Assembly: GCA_965203485.1 (NCBI GenBank)
Contig: OZ241892.1
Location: 3,168,001 to 3,232,000 of the forward strand
DNA: 64,000 bases
Direction of reading: 5' to 3'
Source of the DNA: Longimicrobiales bacterium
Lineage (GTDB): Bacteria > Gemmatimonadota > Gemmatimonadetes > Longimicrobiales > Gaopeijiaceae
Both the position numbers and the translations under genes were made by a program. Shown one piece after another: positions 20,555 through 31,234 of this stretch. Each line of letters begins with the position of its first letter. Position 1 is the first letter of the stretch. Below the pieces are notes generated by a model. It was not told the origin of the DNA and made no database searches. It was given only the letters and a program-made list of their open reading frames with translations.

Positions 20555-20583
20555 TTGTCCGTGCGCGGCCAGGCGCGTACCGT
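20555..20583 (+). promoter_or_regulatory. putative sigma70 promoter of the peptidase-partner module
   Basis: TTGTCC-17 nt-TACCGT; a homologous TTCCTC-17 nt-TATCGT lies upstream of the copy starting at 46176 (- strand). Confidence 0.4.
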
Positions 20584-20626
20584 GCCCGTCATGTACGAGT
20601 TGCCCCTAGACGCGAGTAGGGACGCG

Positions 20627-21549
20627 ATGAAGACGCGGAGCAGATGGCTGGCGAGCTTCGGGGTGGCAGGCATGCTCGTGATGGCCGGTTGCGTAGACCC
20701 GCTTGGAATGGACGATGCAGGAAACACGCAAACGTTGCGAGTTGCCACACGGCCGCCGAGGGCGGAGCTCCTCGGTGCGAGAATAGACGGTGATTGGGTG
20801 GTCGCCGGTTCGGAGAGAATCGGCTGGGTCGCCGACGGCAGTGGTCTTCGCGGGGCCACTGCACCCCGGCGGGCGTCGGACGGGCCACGGGCCGCGCCGT
20901 CCATCGACAGCGGGGTGATCTGCTGGTACCTGATCACGTTCGTCACGACGACCGGCGAGATCGTGTCGGTGAAGTTCCTGGGCTGCACTTCTGGGGGCGG
21001 CGGCACGCAATGCGACGAAGAGCAACGCAGGATCGCCGACGAGTATCGCAATGCCGGCTGGGTCTTCGGTCGCAAGGCTCCGGCGTGCGACGACATCGAA
21101 GAAAACGGCTCCGGCACGGCGCATTTCAGCTGGGCCGAGCTCAACGGCTGGTTCCAGGAAGGCAATCCCCACACGGGCTACGGCTGGGTTCAGCAGAGCC
21201 TGAAGACCAGCATCCGAGGATCTGCGGGCGAAATGGGGCCGGTCCGCGCTACGGATTGCCAGGGGCTATTCTCCGGGCCTCGTGTTGACCAGCGGATACC
21301 GGTGCCCACACGGCAACGCGTCGGTCCTCGACGCATCGATAAGCTCCTATCACATGGAAGGCAGAGCGGTGGATATCTCGACCAGAACGATTATTGGCCT
21401 GGCTGGAGTACCTTACCGCTCGGATGACTCCAGCTCAGCAGGCTGAGCTCAAGGCGGTGTATTTGGAACTGTTGGGCCTAGGTGGCAATCACGATGAGCA
21501 ACCGTGGGACCGATACAAAGAAGACCGCCATTTTCATTTCGCCAAATAG
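20627..21549 (+). pseudogene. lipoprotein with C-terminal peptidase M15-type domain, two +1 frameshifts (about 21215 and 21417)
   Basis: Lipobox VMAGC; corrected frame gives SGYRCPHGN...SYHMEGRAVDI...DRHFHFAK*; an extra C at each site relative to the paralogues. Confidence 0.8.
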
Positions 21550-21564
21550 TGGAGACACGACGAC

Positions 21565-22524
21565 ATGAAGCACTTATTGTGGGCGTGGGCCGCCGTCTCC
21601 TTGACGGTTGCAGTGCCGACAGCGTCGCAGGAACGAGAGGCATCGGCCAAGGAAATCGAGGCCCTGTGGCAAGCGGAGCAAGCGACGGTCGAGAAGCTGA
21701 AGGCCGGAGATGCGGACGCCGAGCAAAGGATCGTCGAGTTGCTGACCACGGGCGGCGACGCGAATTGGCGCGTCGGCGTGGCGGCGGCTCTCTCGGTGGC
21801 GCCGGAACAGAGATCGCCGGTCTTGATCGCAGGCATGATTGAGGCGTTGCGGCGAGACGTGGAATGGAGCACTAGCCGTTACGCGGCCGGCTTGGGAGCC
21901 TCGAGCCGCGGAGAGATGTCGAGCTACTTTGCCCACCAGCTCTTGCTGACGGGCGACCCGGCGATCCTACCTCCGCTGGCATGGCGCGCCAGAGGCTTGT
22001 CGGCTACGGTGGTCTACGAGTTCGGGTTGCAGGCCGTGCCGCACCTGCTCGACGTCGCCCTGTCGCCGCGGGCAACTGGCTTCGAGGCGATCGGCGCGCT
22101 GTCGGTGTTGGCAAGCATAGTTTCAACGCACGGCCCGGGGTCCTACGCGAAGGAATTGCGCAAAGCGGCCATGCTTCACCTCGACGGGCCGCCGGAAGGC
22201 TACATGTCGGCCGGCGAGCACCGGTCGGGTGGGTTCCCGGGCGCCTTGGTGCCGGCGATTGCGCTCGCCGGAACATTGCAGATGCCCGAGCTGTTGGAGC
22301 GGATCAAAGCCATTGTGGCGAGTACGCCCGAGCAAATCGTGGAGCGGACCGGCTACAGCATAGCCGTTGCCGGGTACGGACCCCCGTGCGCCCGTGCGCA
22401 CCTGGAAGGCACTCCGCCCCCGAGTTGGATGTGCGATTCGCGTTCGTGGATCGACTGGTTCGATCGCTCCCCGCACGTACGCGATTACTCCTTGAAGGCG
22501 CGAAGCAAGGGGCCGGGCGGGTAG
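21565..22524 (+). CDS. secreted 319-aa helical hypothetical protein (partner, putative immunity)
   Basis: GGAGA SD, Sec signal MKHLLWAWAAVSLTVAVPTASQ; intact; collinear paralogue at 44288-45247. Confidence 0.8.
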   Translation: MKHLLWAWAAVSLTVAVPTASQEREASAKEIEALWQAEQATVEKLKAGDADAEQRIVELLTTGGDANWRVGVAAALSVAPEQRSPVLIAGMIEALRRDVEWSTSRYAAGLGASSRGEMSSYFAHQLLLTGDPAILPPLAWRARGLSATVVYEFGLQAVPHLLDVALSPRATGFEAIGALSVLASIVSTHGPGSYAKELRKAAMLHLDGPPEGYMSAGEHRSGGFPGALVPAIALAGTLQMPELLERIKAIVASTPEQIVERTGYSIAVAGYGPPCARAHLEGTPPPSWMCDSRSWIDWFDRSPHVRDYSLKARSKGPGG

Positions 22525-22660
22525 GTGGCGAGGCTCGCCTTCGTGAAGACCTCATTGTGGACTGGGGTCGCCGTCTCCTTGGCGGTTGCAACGCCGACGG
22601 CATCGCAAGAGCGAGAGGCGTCGGCGAAGGAGATCGCGGCCCTGTGGCGCGCGGAACGGG
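22525..22660 (+). pseudogene. 5' fragment of another partner-gene copy
   Basis: VKTSLWTGVAVSLAVATPTASQEREASAKEIAALWRAE repeats the N-terminus of 21565-22524. Confidence 0.7.
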
Positions 22661-23060
22661 TCGCCATCTCGGTCCGAAGTGCGAATCCCGACGTTGCGGG
22701 ACCGGGGATCCTGCGATAGCTTTTGTGGGCCGACGATCGAGGTCCCTGCCTCGCGTACACTCGAAACGCACGACCGAATCCAAAGAAGGAACATTCTGCG
22801 TTGCACGCGTATCGGCTTCATGGAGCGCGAGATGCGGATGCAAGCAAGCGATGGATAAAATGACCCAAGGCGCAAGCACTGAATGGCCCTATCCCGGGCG
22901 CACGATGGTGGAAGTTCGATTTCCATACCCATACACCGGCATCCAGTGACTACGGAAAAGGTTCCAACCAGGATTCCTTGAAACGTATCACGCCTAGGGA
23001 TTGGCTCCTCGGCTTCATGCGCACCGCTGTCGACTGCGTGGCGATCACCGATCACAACTA

Positions 23061-23917
23061 GAACCTATCTCAAAAGGCCGAGATGGTTGAAGAAGATGCA
23101 GATGGCGGACAGTTGGACGAACGCCAGGAAGTTCTCGGGATGATATTCCCAACGGACCAACAGCCGGCGCTTCCACTGCATCCACCCGAAGAACCGCTCG
23201 ACAATCCATCGTCGCTTCGCCCGCCGAAGCCGACGACCGTCCTGCGTCCGCGGCCGCGTTCGATTGCGCCGGTGCGGCGCGATCATCTCGATGCCTCGCG
23301 CACGCAAGGCCGCGTCCAGCGGGTCGCTGTCGTACGCCTTGTCGCCGATCAAGTTTGCCGGCGTGTCGTCCGTGAACGCCAAGTCCAGCGACAACTGGAC
23401 GAGCGTCGCCTCGTGAGGATTCGCAGGATGCGTGCTCAACGACAGCGGAAGACCGCAACGGTCCACGACCGCCATGATCTTCACGCCCTTGCCCGCCTTG
23501 GTGTTTCCCACGCCCGCCCCGCCTCCCTTCGCCCGCGCGAACGACGCGTCCACGTATGCCTCCGTGCCGTCGAAGAGACCCCGTTGCCTCGCTTCCCCCG
23601 CCAAGTCCCTCAGCACCCGTTCGAGCACTCCCGTCCGGACCCAAGTCTGGAACCTCCGGTGCACGGTCTTGTAGTTCGGATAGTGTTGCGGCAGAAAGCT
23701 CCACTGGGCGCCCGTGTGCAGAATCCACAGCACAGCTTCGAACACGCGCCGGGCGGGCACCGGCGGCCGCCCCAGCCGCTTCCCCTTTTGCGCTTCCTCG
23801 GGAAAGTGGTGGCGAATCCGCTCCCACTGCTCGTCGCTCAGCTTCATCGTCGTCATACCTCGAAGATAAACAACTCCCCGACCCATCGCAACCCATCATG
23901 CTTTTTGAGATAGGCTC
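23061..23917 (-). mobile_element. IS5-family insertion sequence (about 857 bp)
   Basis: Terminal inverted repeats GAACCTATCTCAAAA / TTTTGAGATAGGCTC, TA (within CTAG) on both flanks, single transposase ORF. Confidence 0.9.
23065..23856 (-). CDS. IS5-family transposase
   Basis: LSDEQWERI...GRPP...EAVLWILHTGAQW..LP..Y..TVHRRF..W; DDE motifs YVDASF, IGDKAYDS, RWIVERFFGW. Confidence 0.92.
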   Translation of the reverse strand: MTTMKLSDEQWERIRHHFPEEAQKGKRLGRPPVPARRVFEAVLWILHTGAQWSFLPQHYPNYKTVHRRFQTWVRTGVLERVLRDLAGEARQRGLFDGTEAYVDASFARAKGGGAGVGNTKAGKGVKIMAVVDRCGLPLSLSTHPANPHEATLVQLSLDLAFTDDTPANLIGDKAYDSDPLDAALRARGIEMIAPHRRNRTRPRTQDGRRLRRAKRRWIVERFFGWMQWKRRLLVRWEYHPENFLAFVQLSAICIFFNHLGLLR

Positions 23918-25935
23918 TAGGGAGAATGGATCGATTCGCCTGAAGAGCGCATACGCGACTTGCAACAAGAAGATGCGCCGGGTTACCGCCCTTTGATTCT
24001 GTTTCCGGGGGTGGAGATCACGGCCAGTGGTGGTATCCATGTCCTCGCGGTACTAGACGTCGACAAGGGCTCTGCCGACGTTGCCGCACTACTTGGCTCG
24101 GTCGGATATGGGGGTGACTGGGGCCGGAGTGACCGTGCGGCTAGAATGGCTCCCATCGGTGTTGTGGAATGCATCGCCGCCGCTGGCGGCATTCCGATTC
24201 TTGCGCATGTCGACAAACCCTCTGGAGCTTGGAAACTGCCCGGTAATACCGTGACATCTTTGTTTGACACAGACGACTTGTTCGCAATGGAAGTGTGTGA
24301 CCCTGGAAAGACGACTTTCGAACTCTACCGTCAACGCAAACTGGCGTGGGCCGAGGTTCTCGGATCCGATTCACATCATCCGGATGGACAAACAGGTTCT
24401 CGGTTCCCCGGGTCTCACTATACTTGGATAAAGATGGCAAAGCCATCGCTCGGAGGGCTACGCTTGGCATTACTGGATGGTGGTGGCTTTTCGATTCGCC
24501 GAAGCGACAATCCAAAACCCTTCGACCCATTCGACGTACCCAAGCATGACATCGAATCCATTAAGATTTCAAACGCGCGATACATGGGATGTAGCAGCCC
24601 GGCCAGATTCGATTTTAACCCATGGCTTAACGCTTTGGTCGGCGGCCGCGGTACCGGCAAGTCGACCGTGATCCATGCAATGAGACTCGTGGCAAGGCGT
24701 GGACGTGAGCTGGAAGCTCTGGAGGAACACAGCGAACCCCTCTCGACTTTCAGGAGATTTGATCGGATACCTGGAGATCGCACCGACAAAGGTCGATCGA
24801 CGAAATCAACGACGATCGCGTCGCGTATGATGCGCGACGGTGTGCTCCATCGGTTGCATTGGCGTTGTGATGGTGGCGGTACGATCGTGGAAGAGCATGT
24901 ACGCGAAGGTTGGCAAGCGTCGCCTGCCCAGACGGTCACGCCTCAGCGTTTTCCGCTTCGCATGTTCAGCTAGGGACAGATCGCGGCGCTGGCAGGAGGC
25001 GACCAGCGTGCCTTGTTGCAGGTCATAGACGAGGCGGCGGGCGTGATCACGCTTGGACGAGACCTGGAGACCGCTTGCACCGCATTCTATACGACCAGAG
25101 CGCAAATCCGGGACATTGACGGCGAGTTACGTTGCCGCGATGATCTCGTGGTACAGCAACGGGACGTGGAGCGAAAGCTGAAACGCTTTGAGGAAAAGGA
25201 GCATATCGAAGTCCTGACGGACTACCAGCGCCGCGACCGGCAACGCGCCAAAGCAGATCAGCAGTTCGAGACATCAGGGGCGGCCGCTGATCGAATTGAC
25301 CAAATGGCACAGACACTGGAACTCGACGACCGCTCTGGCCGTTGCCGTACGCGGTGCAGCTCAGGACTTGCATCAAGACGCAAACTGTTTGCGCAAACTG
25401 GTTGCGGAGCGACGTGAAGAGTTAAACCAAGGCGCATGGCCAACAGCAGTAGAAAGTGCCACGGGCAAGTACCAAGCCTTAATTGCGGCGTTGTGCGAGG
25501 AAGGCGTTACCGATCCGAGCGAATACGGTCGTTTAGTGCAGGAGCGCCGCCGGCTTGATAGCGAACTCGCTCGTCTGGATTCCGTGCAAGCAGAGCGCGA
25601 TAGGTTGATCAAAAAGGCCCGATCTTTGCTTGAAAACGTGACGAAAGTTCGCCGTGCATTGAGTCGTGAGCGTGATCTCTTTCTAGACAACTCGGAGAGG
25701 ACGAGGTAGTACAGATAGCGAGAATCGACGAGAAGCGGAAGGAGTGGCACAAATTCCACGGATGCAACGGTCGCCAATAGCAAATCGTCGACTTTCGGGG
25801 GTTGAGCCGTGATGCCAGCAAGATTCGATTCCTGATGTAGCTGTTTAGCGCTTGGACCGTATCGCCATCCTCAACCATGCCGGTATCGAATTAACGAGTT
25901 CCTGGTGCGTCTTGGCAGTCATCGCAGAATCTCCG

Positions 25936-26316
25936 TCAATCGAGCATACCCATCAGTTCGTCGATGGATTCGTCGCCGGGCCATTTGTTCACTGTCCTGT
26001 CGAGATTGATCGATTCGGTCGCACCAAATTGGATCCCGTGCCGCTCTCCAGCGATCAACGCATCTGTCACGGGGAGTTCGCAAAAGACGGCATCGGCGGG
26101 CACTTGGGGCATGACTTTCCGAGCCTCGATCAGTCGAGGTCGGCCGTTCGCCTTGAAATGCACCATTCCTTCTACGGTCGCTGCGCAGCCCCACAGTGGC
26201 CGAAGGGACTCCGCGGCTACTGCTGGCACCAGGCGGCCGAGCAGACAGGATTCGTCGGGCAACATCAGCCGAAAGCTCCTATTGGAGTACGTGATCTCGT
26301 CAAGTCGACCACTCAC
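25936..26316 (-). pseudogene. C-terminal remnant of a hypothetical accessory protein
   Basis: GRLDEITYSNRSFRL...LWG..ATVEGMVHF...WPGDESIDELMGML; lower GC; lies at the edge of the decayed island. Confidence 0.35.
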
Positions 26317-26353
26317 GACAAAGGACCTTCCCGCACCCCCAACCCGTCCCGCC

Positions 26354-27706
26354 CTACGCCAGAATCGCCGCCGGTTCCTCCAGGAAGGTCTTGAGGGTGG
26401 CCAGGAAGCGAGCGCCCTGCGCGCCGTCCACGACGCGGTGGTCGCAACTCATCGTGACGCGCATTCTGGGACGGGGGACCACTGCTCCGTCCACGACCAC
26501 GGCCCTCTCCTCCACGGCGCCCACGGCCAGGATGCCGGCTTCGGGCGGATTGATCACCGCCGTGAACTCCTCGATGCCGAACATGCCGAGGTTGGAGATG
26601 GAGAACGTGGAGCCCGTGTACTCGTGCGGCTGGAGCTTCTTCTCGCGGGCTCGGGCGGCCAGCTCGCGGACTTCGGCGCTGATCCGGCCGAGGCCCTTGG
26701 CCTGGGCGTCTCTGATGACCGGCGTGATCAGGCCGTCGGGCACCGCCACGGCCACGCCGATGTGGACGCGGTTGAAGCGACGAATGCGGTCGTCCTGCCA
26801 CCACGCGTTGCACTCGGGGTGGCGCGAGAGAGCGGCGGCGGCGGCCTTGACCACCAGGTCGTTGAGCGAAGCCTTGCCGCCGGCGGGTTCCAGCAGCTGA
26901 TTGATGCGCGCCCGCGCTTCCAGCGCCCGTCCCATGTCCACGTCCACGGTGAGGAAGAAGTGGGGGACGGGTCCCAGGGACTCGGCCAGTCGCCGGGCCA
27001 CCGTCTTGCGCATCTGGGTCAGGGGCGCGTCTTCGTAGTCCGGCGCGGCGAGACCGTCCGGCGCGGGGAACGGCGGCGGCGCGGGAATGTCGGCCGGGCC
27101 GGCGGCGGAGGCCGCGACGGCTTGGGCGGCGGCCTCCACGTCCCTCTTGACGACCCGGCCGGCCGGGCCGGAGCCGACGACGGCGTGCAGGTCCAGGTCC
27201 ATCTCGCGGGCGAGCCGCCGGGCCACGGGCGACGCCCTTACGCGGCCTTGCGGACCAGCGGGACCGGGAGAAGCGGGCTGAGCGGGCGGCCCCGCAACAC
27301 GCGCCGGCGAAGGTTCGACGACGGCAGTCGGCGAATCAGCCGAGGGTTTCGCCGACTCCGTCGCGGTGGTTGCGGCGACTGGCCCAGCGTCGCCGCGTTC
27401 CGGCGCAACCGCCGCATGCCCGTCCCCGCCGCCCCACGCCGCGGAGGCCACGGCGGAGACGTCCTCGTCGGCGCTCGCGATCACCGCGATCACTTCGCCC
27501 ACCGGGACCACGGCCCCTTCCTCCGCGAACACCCCGCGCAACACGCCGCCGCCGCGCGCCACCAGCTCCATGGTGGCCTTGTCCGTCTCGATGTCGGCCA
27601 GCACGTCGCCCTCGGCCACGGCGTCGCCCTCGGCCTTGTGCCACTTGACGACCTGGCCCTCCTCCATCGTGGGCGACAGCGCCTCCATGTAGACCTTGGC
27701 AACCAT
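26354..27706 (-). CDS. pdhC: pyruvate dehydrogenase E2 dihydrolipoamide acetyltransferase
   Basis: Lipoyl domain LSPTMEEG...IETDKATMEL, E3-binding RASPVARRLA, catalytic DHRVVDG. Confidence 0.95.
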   Translation of the reverse strand: MVAKVYMEALSPTMEEGQVVKWHKAEGDAVAEGDVLADIETDKATMELVARGGGVLRGVFAEEGAVVPVGEVIAVIASADEDVSAVASAAWGGGDGHAAVAPERGDAGPVAATTATESAKPSADSPTAVVEPSPARVAGPPAQPASPGPAGPQGRVRASPVARRLAREMDLDLHAVVGSGPAGRVVKRDVEAAAQAVAASAAGPADIPAPPPFPAPDGLAAPDYEDAPLTQMRKTVARRLAESLGPVPHFFLTVDVDMGRALEARARINQLLEPAGGKASLNDLVVKAAAAALSRHPECNAWWQDDRIRRFNRVHIGVAVAVPDGLITPVIRDAQAKGLGRISAEVRELAARAREKKLQPHEYTGSTFSISNLGMFGIEEFTAVINPPEAGILAVGAVEERAVVVDGAVVPRPRMRVTMSCDHRVVDGAQGARFLATLKTFLEEPAAILA

Positions 27707-27710
27707 GCGC

Positions 27711-28793
27711 CTACGCCTCCCCGCCCAGGTAGAGCACCTGGCGGCACGCCTCCACCACGCGGTCGGCGCCCGGCTTCGCCAGGACCTCCAAGCCCTTGGC
27801 GTACGGCATCGGCACGTCGGCCTGGGTCACGCGCAGCACCGGCGCGTCCAAGTCGTCGAACGCCTCCTCCTGCACGAGCGCGACGATCTGCGCGCCGACG
27901 CCGGCGAACGGCCAGCCCTCCTCGAGGTACACGACGCGATTGGTGCGCGCCGCCGTCTCGAGGACCGCGTCCACGTCCAAGGGCCGCAACGAACGCAAGT
28001 CCAGGACGTCCGCCTCGATGCCGTCGCGGGCCAGCTTCGCGGCCGCCTGAAGCGCGACGTGCACCATCTTGCCGTGCGTCACCACGCTCACGTCGCCGCC
28101 CCGCCGCTTGAGGTCGGCCACGCCCAGAGGAATCACGTATTCGCCGTCGGGCACTTCGCCCTTCACGTTGTACAAGAGCTCGCCCTCCATCACGGCAACC
28201 GGATCGTCGTCGCGAATTGCGGCGGCCAGCAGTCCCTTGGCGTCTGCAGGAGTCGCCGGCGTCGCCAGCTTCACTCCCGGCGCGTGCACGTAATAGGTTT
28301 CGCAGGCTTGGGAGTGCTGGGCCGCCAGCTGGAGCGCCGCGCCCGTCGGGCCGCGAAACACGATCGGCACGTTGATCTGGCCGTTCGTCATGTACGCCAT
28401 CTTGGCGGCGCCGTTGATCACTTGGTCGAGCGCGAGGATGGAGAAGTTGAAGGTCATGAACTCGCAGATGGGCCGCAGTCCGGTCATCGCGGCGCCCACG
28501 CACAGTCCCGCGAATCCCAGTTCGCTTATCGGCGAGTCCACGACGCGGCGGTCGCCGAAGCGCGCCAGCATCCCGCGCGAAACCTTGTAGGCCCCGTCGT
28601 ACTCGGCCACTTCCTCGCCCATGAGGAAGACCGCGTCGTCCCGCTCCATTTCCTGCGTCATGGCCGCGTTCAGCGCCTCGCGGTAGGTCATGACGGTCGT
28701 GGACGGCTCGGTGTCCCCGCCGGTCTGGGCGCCCGCAGGGGCGTCCGAGGCCTGAGGCGCGCCGGACGGACGGGAATCGGAACCGGCGTTCAC
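27711..28793 (-). CDS. pdhB: pyruvate dehydrogenase E1 beta subunit
   Basis: TYREALN, GEEVAEYDGAYKVSRG, PISELGFAG, AAQHSQ, DLRSLRPLD. Confidence 0.95.
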   Translation of the reverse strand: MNAGSDSRPSGAPQASDAPAGAQTGGDTEPSTTVMTYREALNAAMTQEMERDDAVFLMGEEVAEYDGAYKVSRGMLARFGDRRVVDSPISELGFAGLCVGAAMTGLRPICEFMTFNFSILALDQVINGAAKMAYMTNGQINVPIVFRGPTGAALQLAAQHSQACETYYVHAPGVKLATPATPADAKGLLAAAIRDDDPVAVMEGELLYNVKGEVPDGEYVIPLGVADLKRRGGDVSVVTHGKMVHVALQAAAKLARDGIEADVLDLRSLRPLDVDAVLETAARTNRVVYLEEGWPFAGVGAQIVALVQEEAFDDLDAPVLRVTQADVPMPYAKGLEVLAKPGADRVVEACRQVLYLGGEA

Positions 28794-29905
28794 GGCGCGG
28801 GCGTCCGGGACCGGCCGTCAAGGAACAGGCGGCCGTGCTCGCCGGCTTTCGAGTAGACGTGATCGTAGAGCGTCGCGTCGGCGGGGCGGGGCGACGCGTC
28901 CGCGAAGTCCATGGAGTCCTGGACCACGTCGCGCACCTTGGCGTCGAGCGTTTCCAGCTCTTCTTGCTGCAAGAGGTCCGCCTCGAAGAGACGGTCCCGC
29001 AGGATTGCGACGGGATCGTGCTTCTCCACCTGCGCGTCCACTTCCTCCTTCGAGCGGTAGGTGCCGGAGACGGGATCGGACATGGAATGGCCGCGAAAGC
29101 GGTACGTCACCGCGTTGACGAACTGCGGCCCGGCGCCGCCGCGCACCTCCTCGGCGAGACGCGCGAACAAGTCGTAGGTCTCCACGACGTCTTGTCCGTT
29201 CACGGAGTGAGCGGGCACCCCGCACGCGCTCGAACGCACTTCCATCTCGGTCGTCGAGACGCGCTCGAACGCCGTCCCCATCCCGTAGCCGTTGTTCTCC
29301 ACGACGTAGACGACCGGCAACCGCCACACGGCCGACATGTTCAGCGATTCGAGGAAGGCTCCCTGGTTGACCGCCGCGTCGCCCAGGAAGCACACGCACA
29401 CTTGGTCGCCTCCCCGGTACTTGATGGCCCACGCGAGCCCCGCGCCCAGCGGGATCTGGCCGCCCACGATTCCATGGCCGCCGTAGAAGCCCTTGGCAAC
29501 GTCGAAGAGGTGCATCGAGCCGCCACGTCCGCCGCAACACCCGTCCACGCGACCGTACAGCTCGGCCATCACGGCGCGAGGAGAAATTCCCTTGGCAAGC
29601 GCCTGCGTGTGCTCGCGGTAGGCCGTGATGACCAAGTCGTCGTCCCGAAGCGGCTTGACGGCGCCCGCGGCCACCGCCTCCTGGCCGATGTGGACATGGC
29701 AGAAGCCCCCGATCTTGCCGATCTTGTAGGCCGTCTCGACCTCTTCCTCGAAGCGGCGGTAGAGCAGCATGTCCTCCAGCAGGGCGAGCGCGTCTTCGCG
29801 GGAGAGACGGCCGAGCGCGGCGGCCCCGGCCTTGTCGGCGCGGGCCCCGGACGCGCGGCTGCCCGCCCTTGCCCTCTTGGCCGTCTTCGTTCCGGTCGCG
29901 GCCAT
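28790..29905 (-). CDS. pdhA: pyruvate dehydrogenase E1 alpha subunit
   Basis: KIGGFCHVHIGQEA, GRGGSMH, GDAAVNQG TPP motif, TYRFRGHSMSDP. Confidence 0.95.
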   Translation of the reverse strand: MAATGTKTAKRARAGSRASGARADKAGAAALGRLSREDALALLEDMLLYRRFEEEVETAYKIGKIGGFCHVHIGQEAVAAGAVKPLRDDDLVITAYREHTQALAKGISPRAVMAELYGRVDGCCGGRGGSMHLFDVAKGFYGGHGIVGGQIPLGAGLAWAIKYRGGDQVCVCFLGDAAVNQGAFLESLNMSAVWRLPVVYVVENNGYGMGTAFERVSTTEMEVRSSACGVPAHSVNGQDVVETYDLFARLAEEVRGGAGPQFVNAVTYRFRGHSMSDPVSGTYRSKEEVDAQVEKHDPVAILRDRLFEADLLQQEELETLDAKVRDVVQDSMDFADASPRPADATLYDHVYSKAGEHGRLFLDGRSRTPAP

Positions 29906-31234
29906 CTAGGCTTCCCGGACGGCAAGACGACTTGCCCTTGCCTCGGAGGCGCCGTGCGAGGCAGGCGATTCGGCCCGTCGCCGAGCGTCCGGCGCACGCT
30001 CCACCTGCAAGCGCAACAAGCCGGACGGGGCGGCAGGTCCGACGCCCGCGCCACCGGCAACGGCATCCACGCCGACTGGCGCATCGGCCGGTCGGCGGCC
30101 CGCGCATCCGAGCGAGCCGTCGCCCGTGTGCGCCGGGCTGCTGTCCGCCGCGGCCTGCGGAACCTGGGCGCCGGCAAGCACAGTCTCCGCCGGGGCCGGC
30201 ACGTCCGCCTCCAGCACGTGGGCGACAATGCCGGGGCCGCCCGCCTCGACCTCCCGCGCTTGCTCCTTGGCGTGGTAGCTCGAGCGAACGAGCGGACCCG
30301 CTTCGACGTGGCGAAAGCCGAACTCGTCCTCGCCTGTCCGCTTCCACGCGCTGAACTCGGCCGGCGTCACCCAGCGCGCCACGGGAATGTGCTGCTCCGA
30401 GGGCCGCAAGTATTGGCCCAACGTCAAGATGTCCACGGCCGCCTTGCGGAGGTCGGCCATCGCTTGGCGGACCTCTTCCTCGCGCTCGCCCATGCCCAGG
30501 ATGATGCCTGTCTTGGTCAGCATCGACGGGTCGATCCGCTTGGCCGCGCCCAAGTACGAGATCGAGCGCCAATAGCGGCCGCCCGGCCGCACTTCCGGGT
30601 GCAGTCGTTCGACCGTCTCCAAGTTGTGGCCCAGGATGGCGGGGCGGGCGTCCATGACGGTTCGCAGCGCCGCCTCGTCGCCCTTGAAGTCGGGGATGAG
30701 CACCTCGACGGAGCAATCCGGCAGCCGTTGCCGCACTTCCTCGATCGTTGCCGCGTAGATGCTCGCCCCGCCGTCCGCGAGTTCGTCCCTGTTCACCGAT
30801 GTGACGACCACGTGGTCCAGCTCCATGGCGGCGACCGTGTCCGCCACCCTCCGAGGCTCGTCCCAGTCCAGTTCCGTGGGCATTCCGTGCGCCACGGCGC
30901 AGTACTTGCAGGCCCGCGTGCACACGTCGCCCAAGATCATGAACGTGGCCGTGCCGGCTTCCCAGCATTCGCCGATGTTGGGACAGCCGGCCTCCTCGCA
31001 CACGGTGTGCAAGGACTGGCTCCGCATCCTCTGCTTGAGACGAAGGTAGTTCGCTCCCCCCGGGGACCGCACCTTCAGCCACGACGGCTTTCGCGACGTG
31101 ATGGGGATCGTCTCGATGCCCTCGTGCGCCCGAATGCGCGACGTGCCCTTGGGCTTGACGTCGCCCGTGTCCTTGTGCCGCGGAGCATAGCCCCGGCCGG
31201 GGGTCGGCGCCCGCAACCTTATGCCGTCACGCAT
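29906..31234 (-). CDS. lipA: lipoyl synthase (start uncertain: ATG 31234 or TTG 31216), with low-complexity C-terminal extension
   Basis: RKPSWLK, CEEAGCPNIGEC, CTRACKYC, TLGQYLRPS, PLVRSSYHA. Confidence 0.93.
   Translation of the reverse strand: MRDGIRLRAPTPGRGYAPRHKDTGDVKPKGTSRIRAHEGIETIPITSRKPSWLKVRSPGGANYLRLKQRMRSQSLHTVCEEAGCPNIGECWEAGTATFMILGDVCTRACKYCAVAHGMPTELDWDEPRRVADTVAAMELDHVVVTSVNRDELADGGASIYAATIEEVRQRLPDCSVEVLIPDFKGDEAALRTVMDARPAILGHNLETVERLHPEVRPGGRYWRSISYLGAAKRIDPSMLTKTGIILGMGEREEEVRQAMADLRKAAVDILTLGQYLRPSEQHIPVARWVTPAEFSAWKRTGEDEFGFRHVEAGPLVRSSYHAKEQAREVEAGGPGIVAHVLEADVPAPAETVLAGAQVPQAAADSSPAHTGDGSLGCAGRRPADAPVGVDAVAGGAGVGPAAPSGLLRLQVERAPDARRRAESPASHGASEARASRLAVREA

Larger units (their letters stand above)
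22860..25709 (+). pseudogene. PHP-domain + SMC-like ATPase (TrlF/Ppl-like defence protein), IS-interrupted and decayed
   Basis: RWWKFDFHTHTPAS, AITDHN | IS | GEWID, PGVEI, AHVD, GSDSH, Walker A LVGGRGTGKST, then coiled coil; frameshifts and TAG at 24971; visibly lower GC. Confidence 0.8.

Noticed and set aside
20516..21427. 303-aa ORF as an intact gene
   Set aside because: Its last about 70 residues are out of frame after the +1 insertion near 21215; the paralogues show the true peptidase frame
24971..24973. In-frame TAG in the PHP-ATPase as possible pyrrolysine or readthrough
   Set aside because: The gene also has frameshifts and an IS insertion; a CAG>TAG nonsense mutation is simpler
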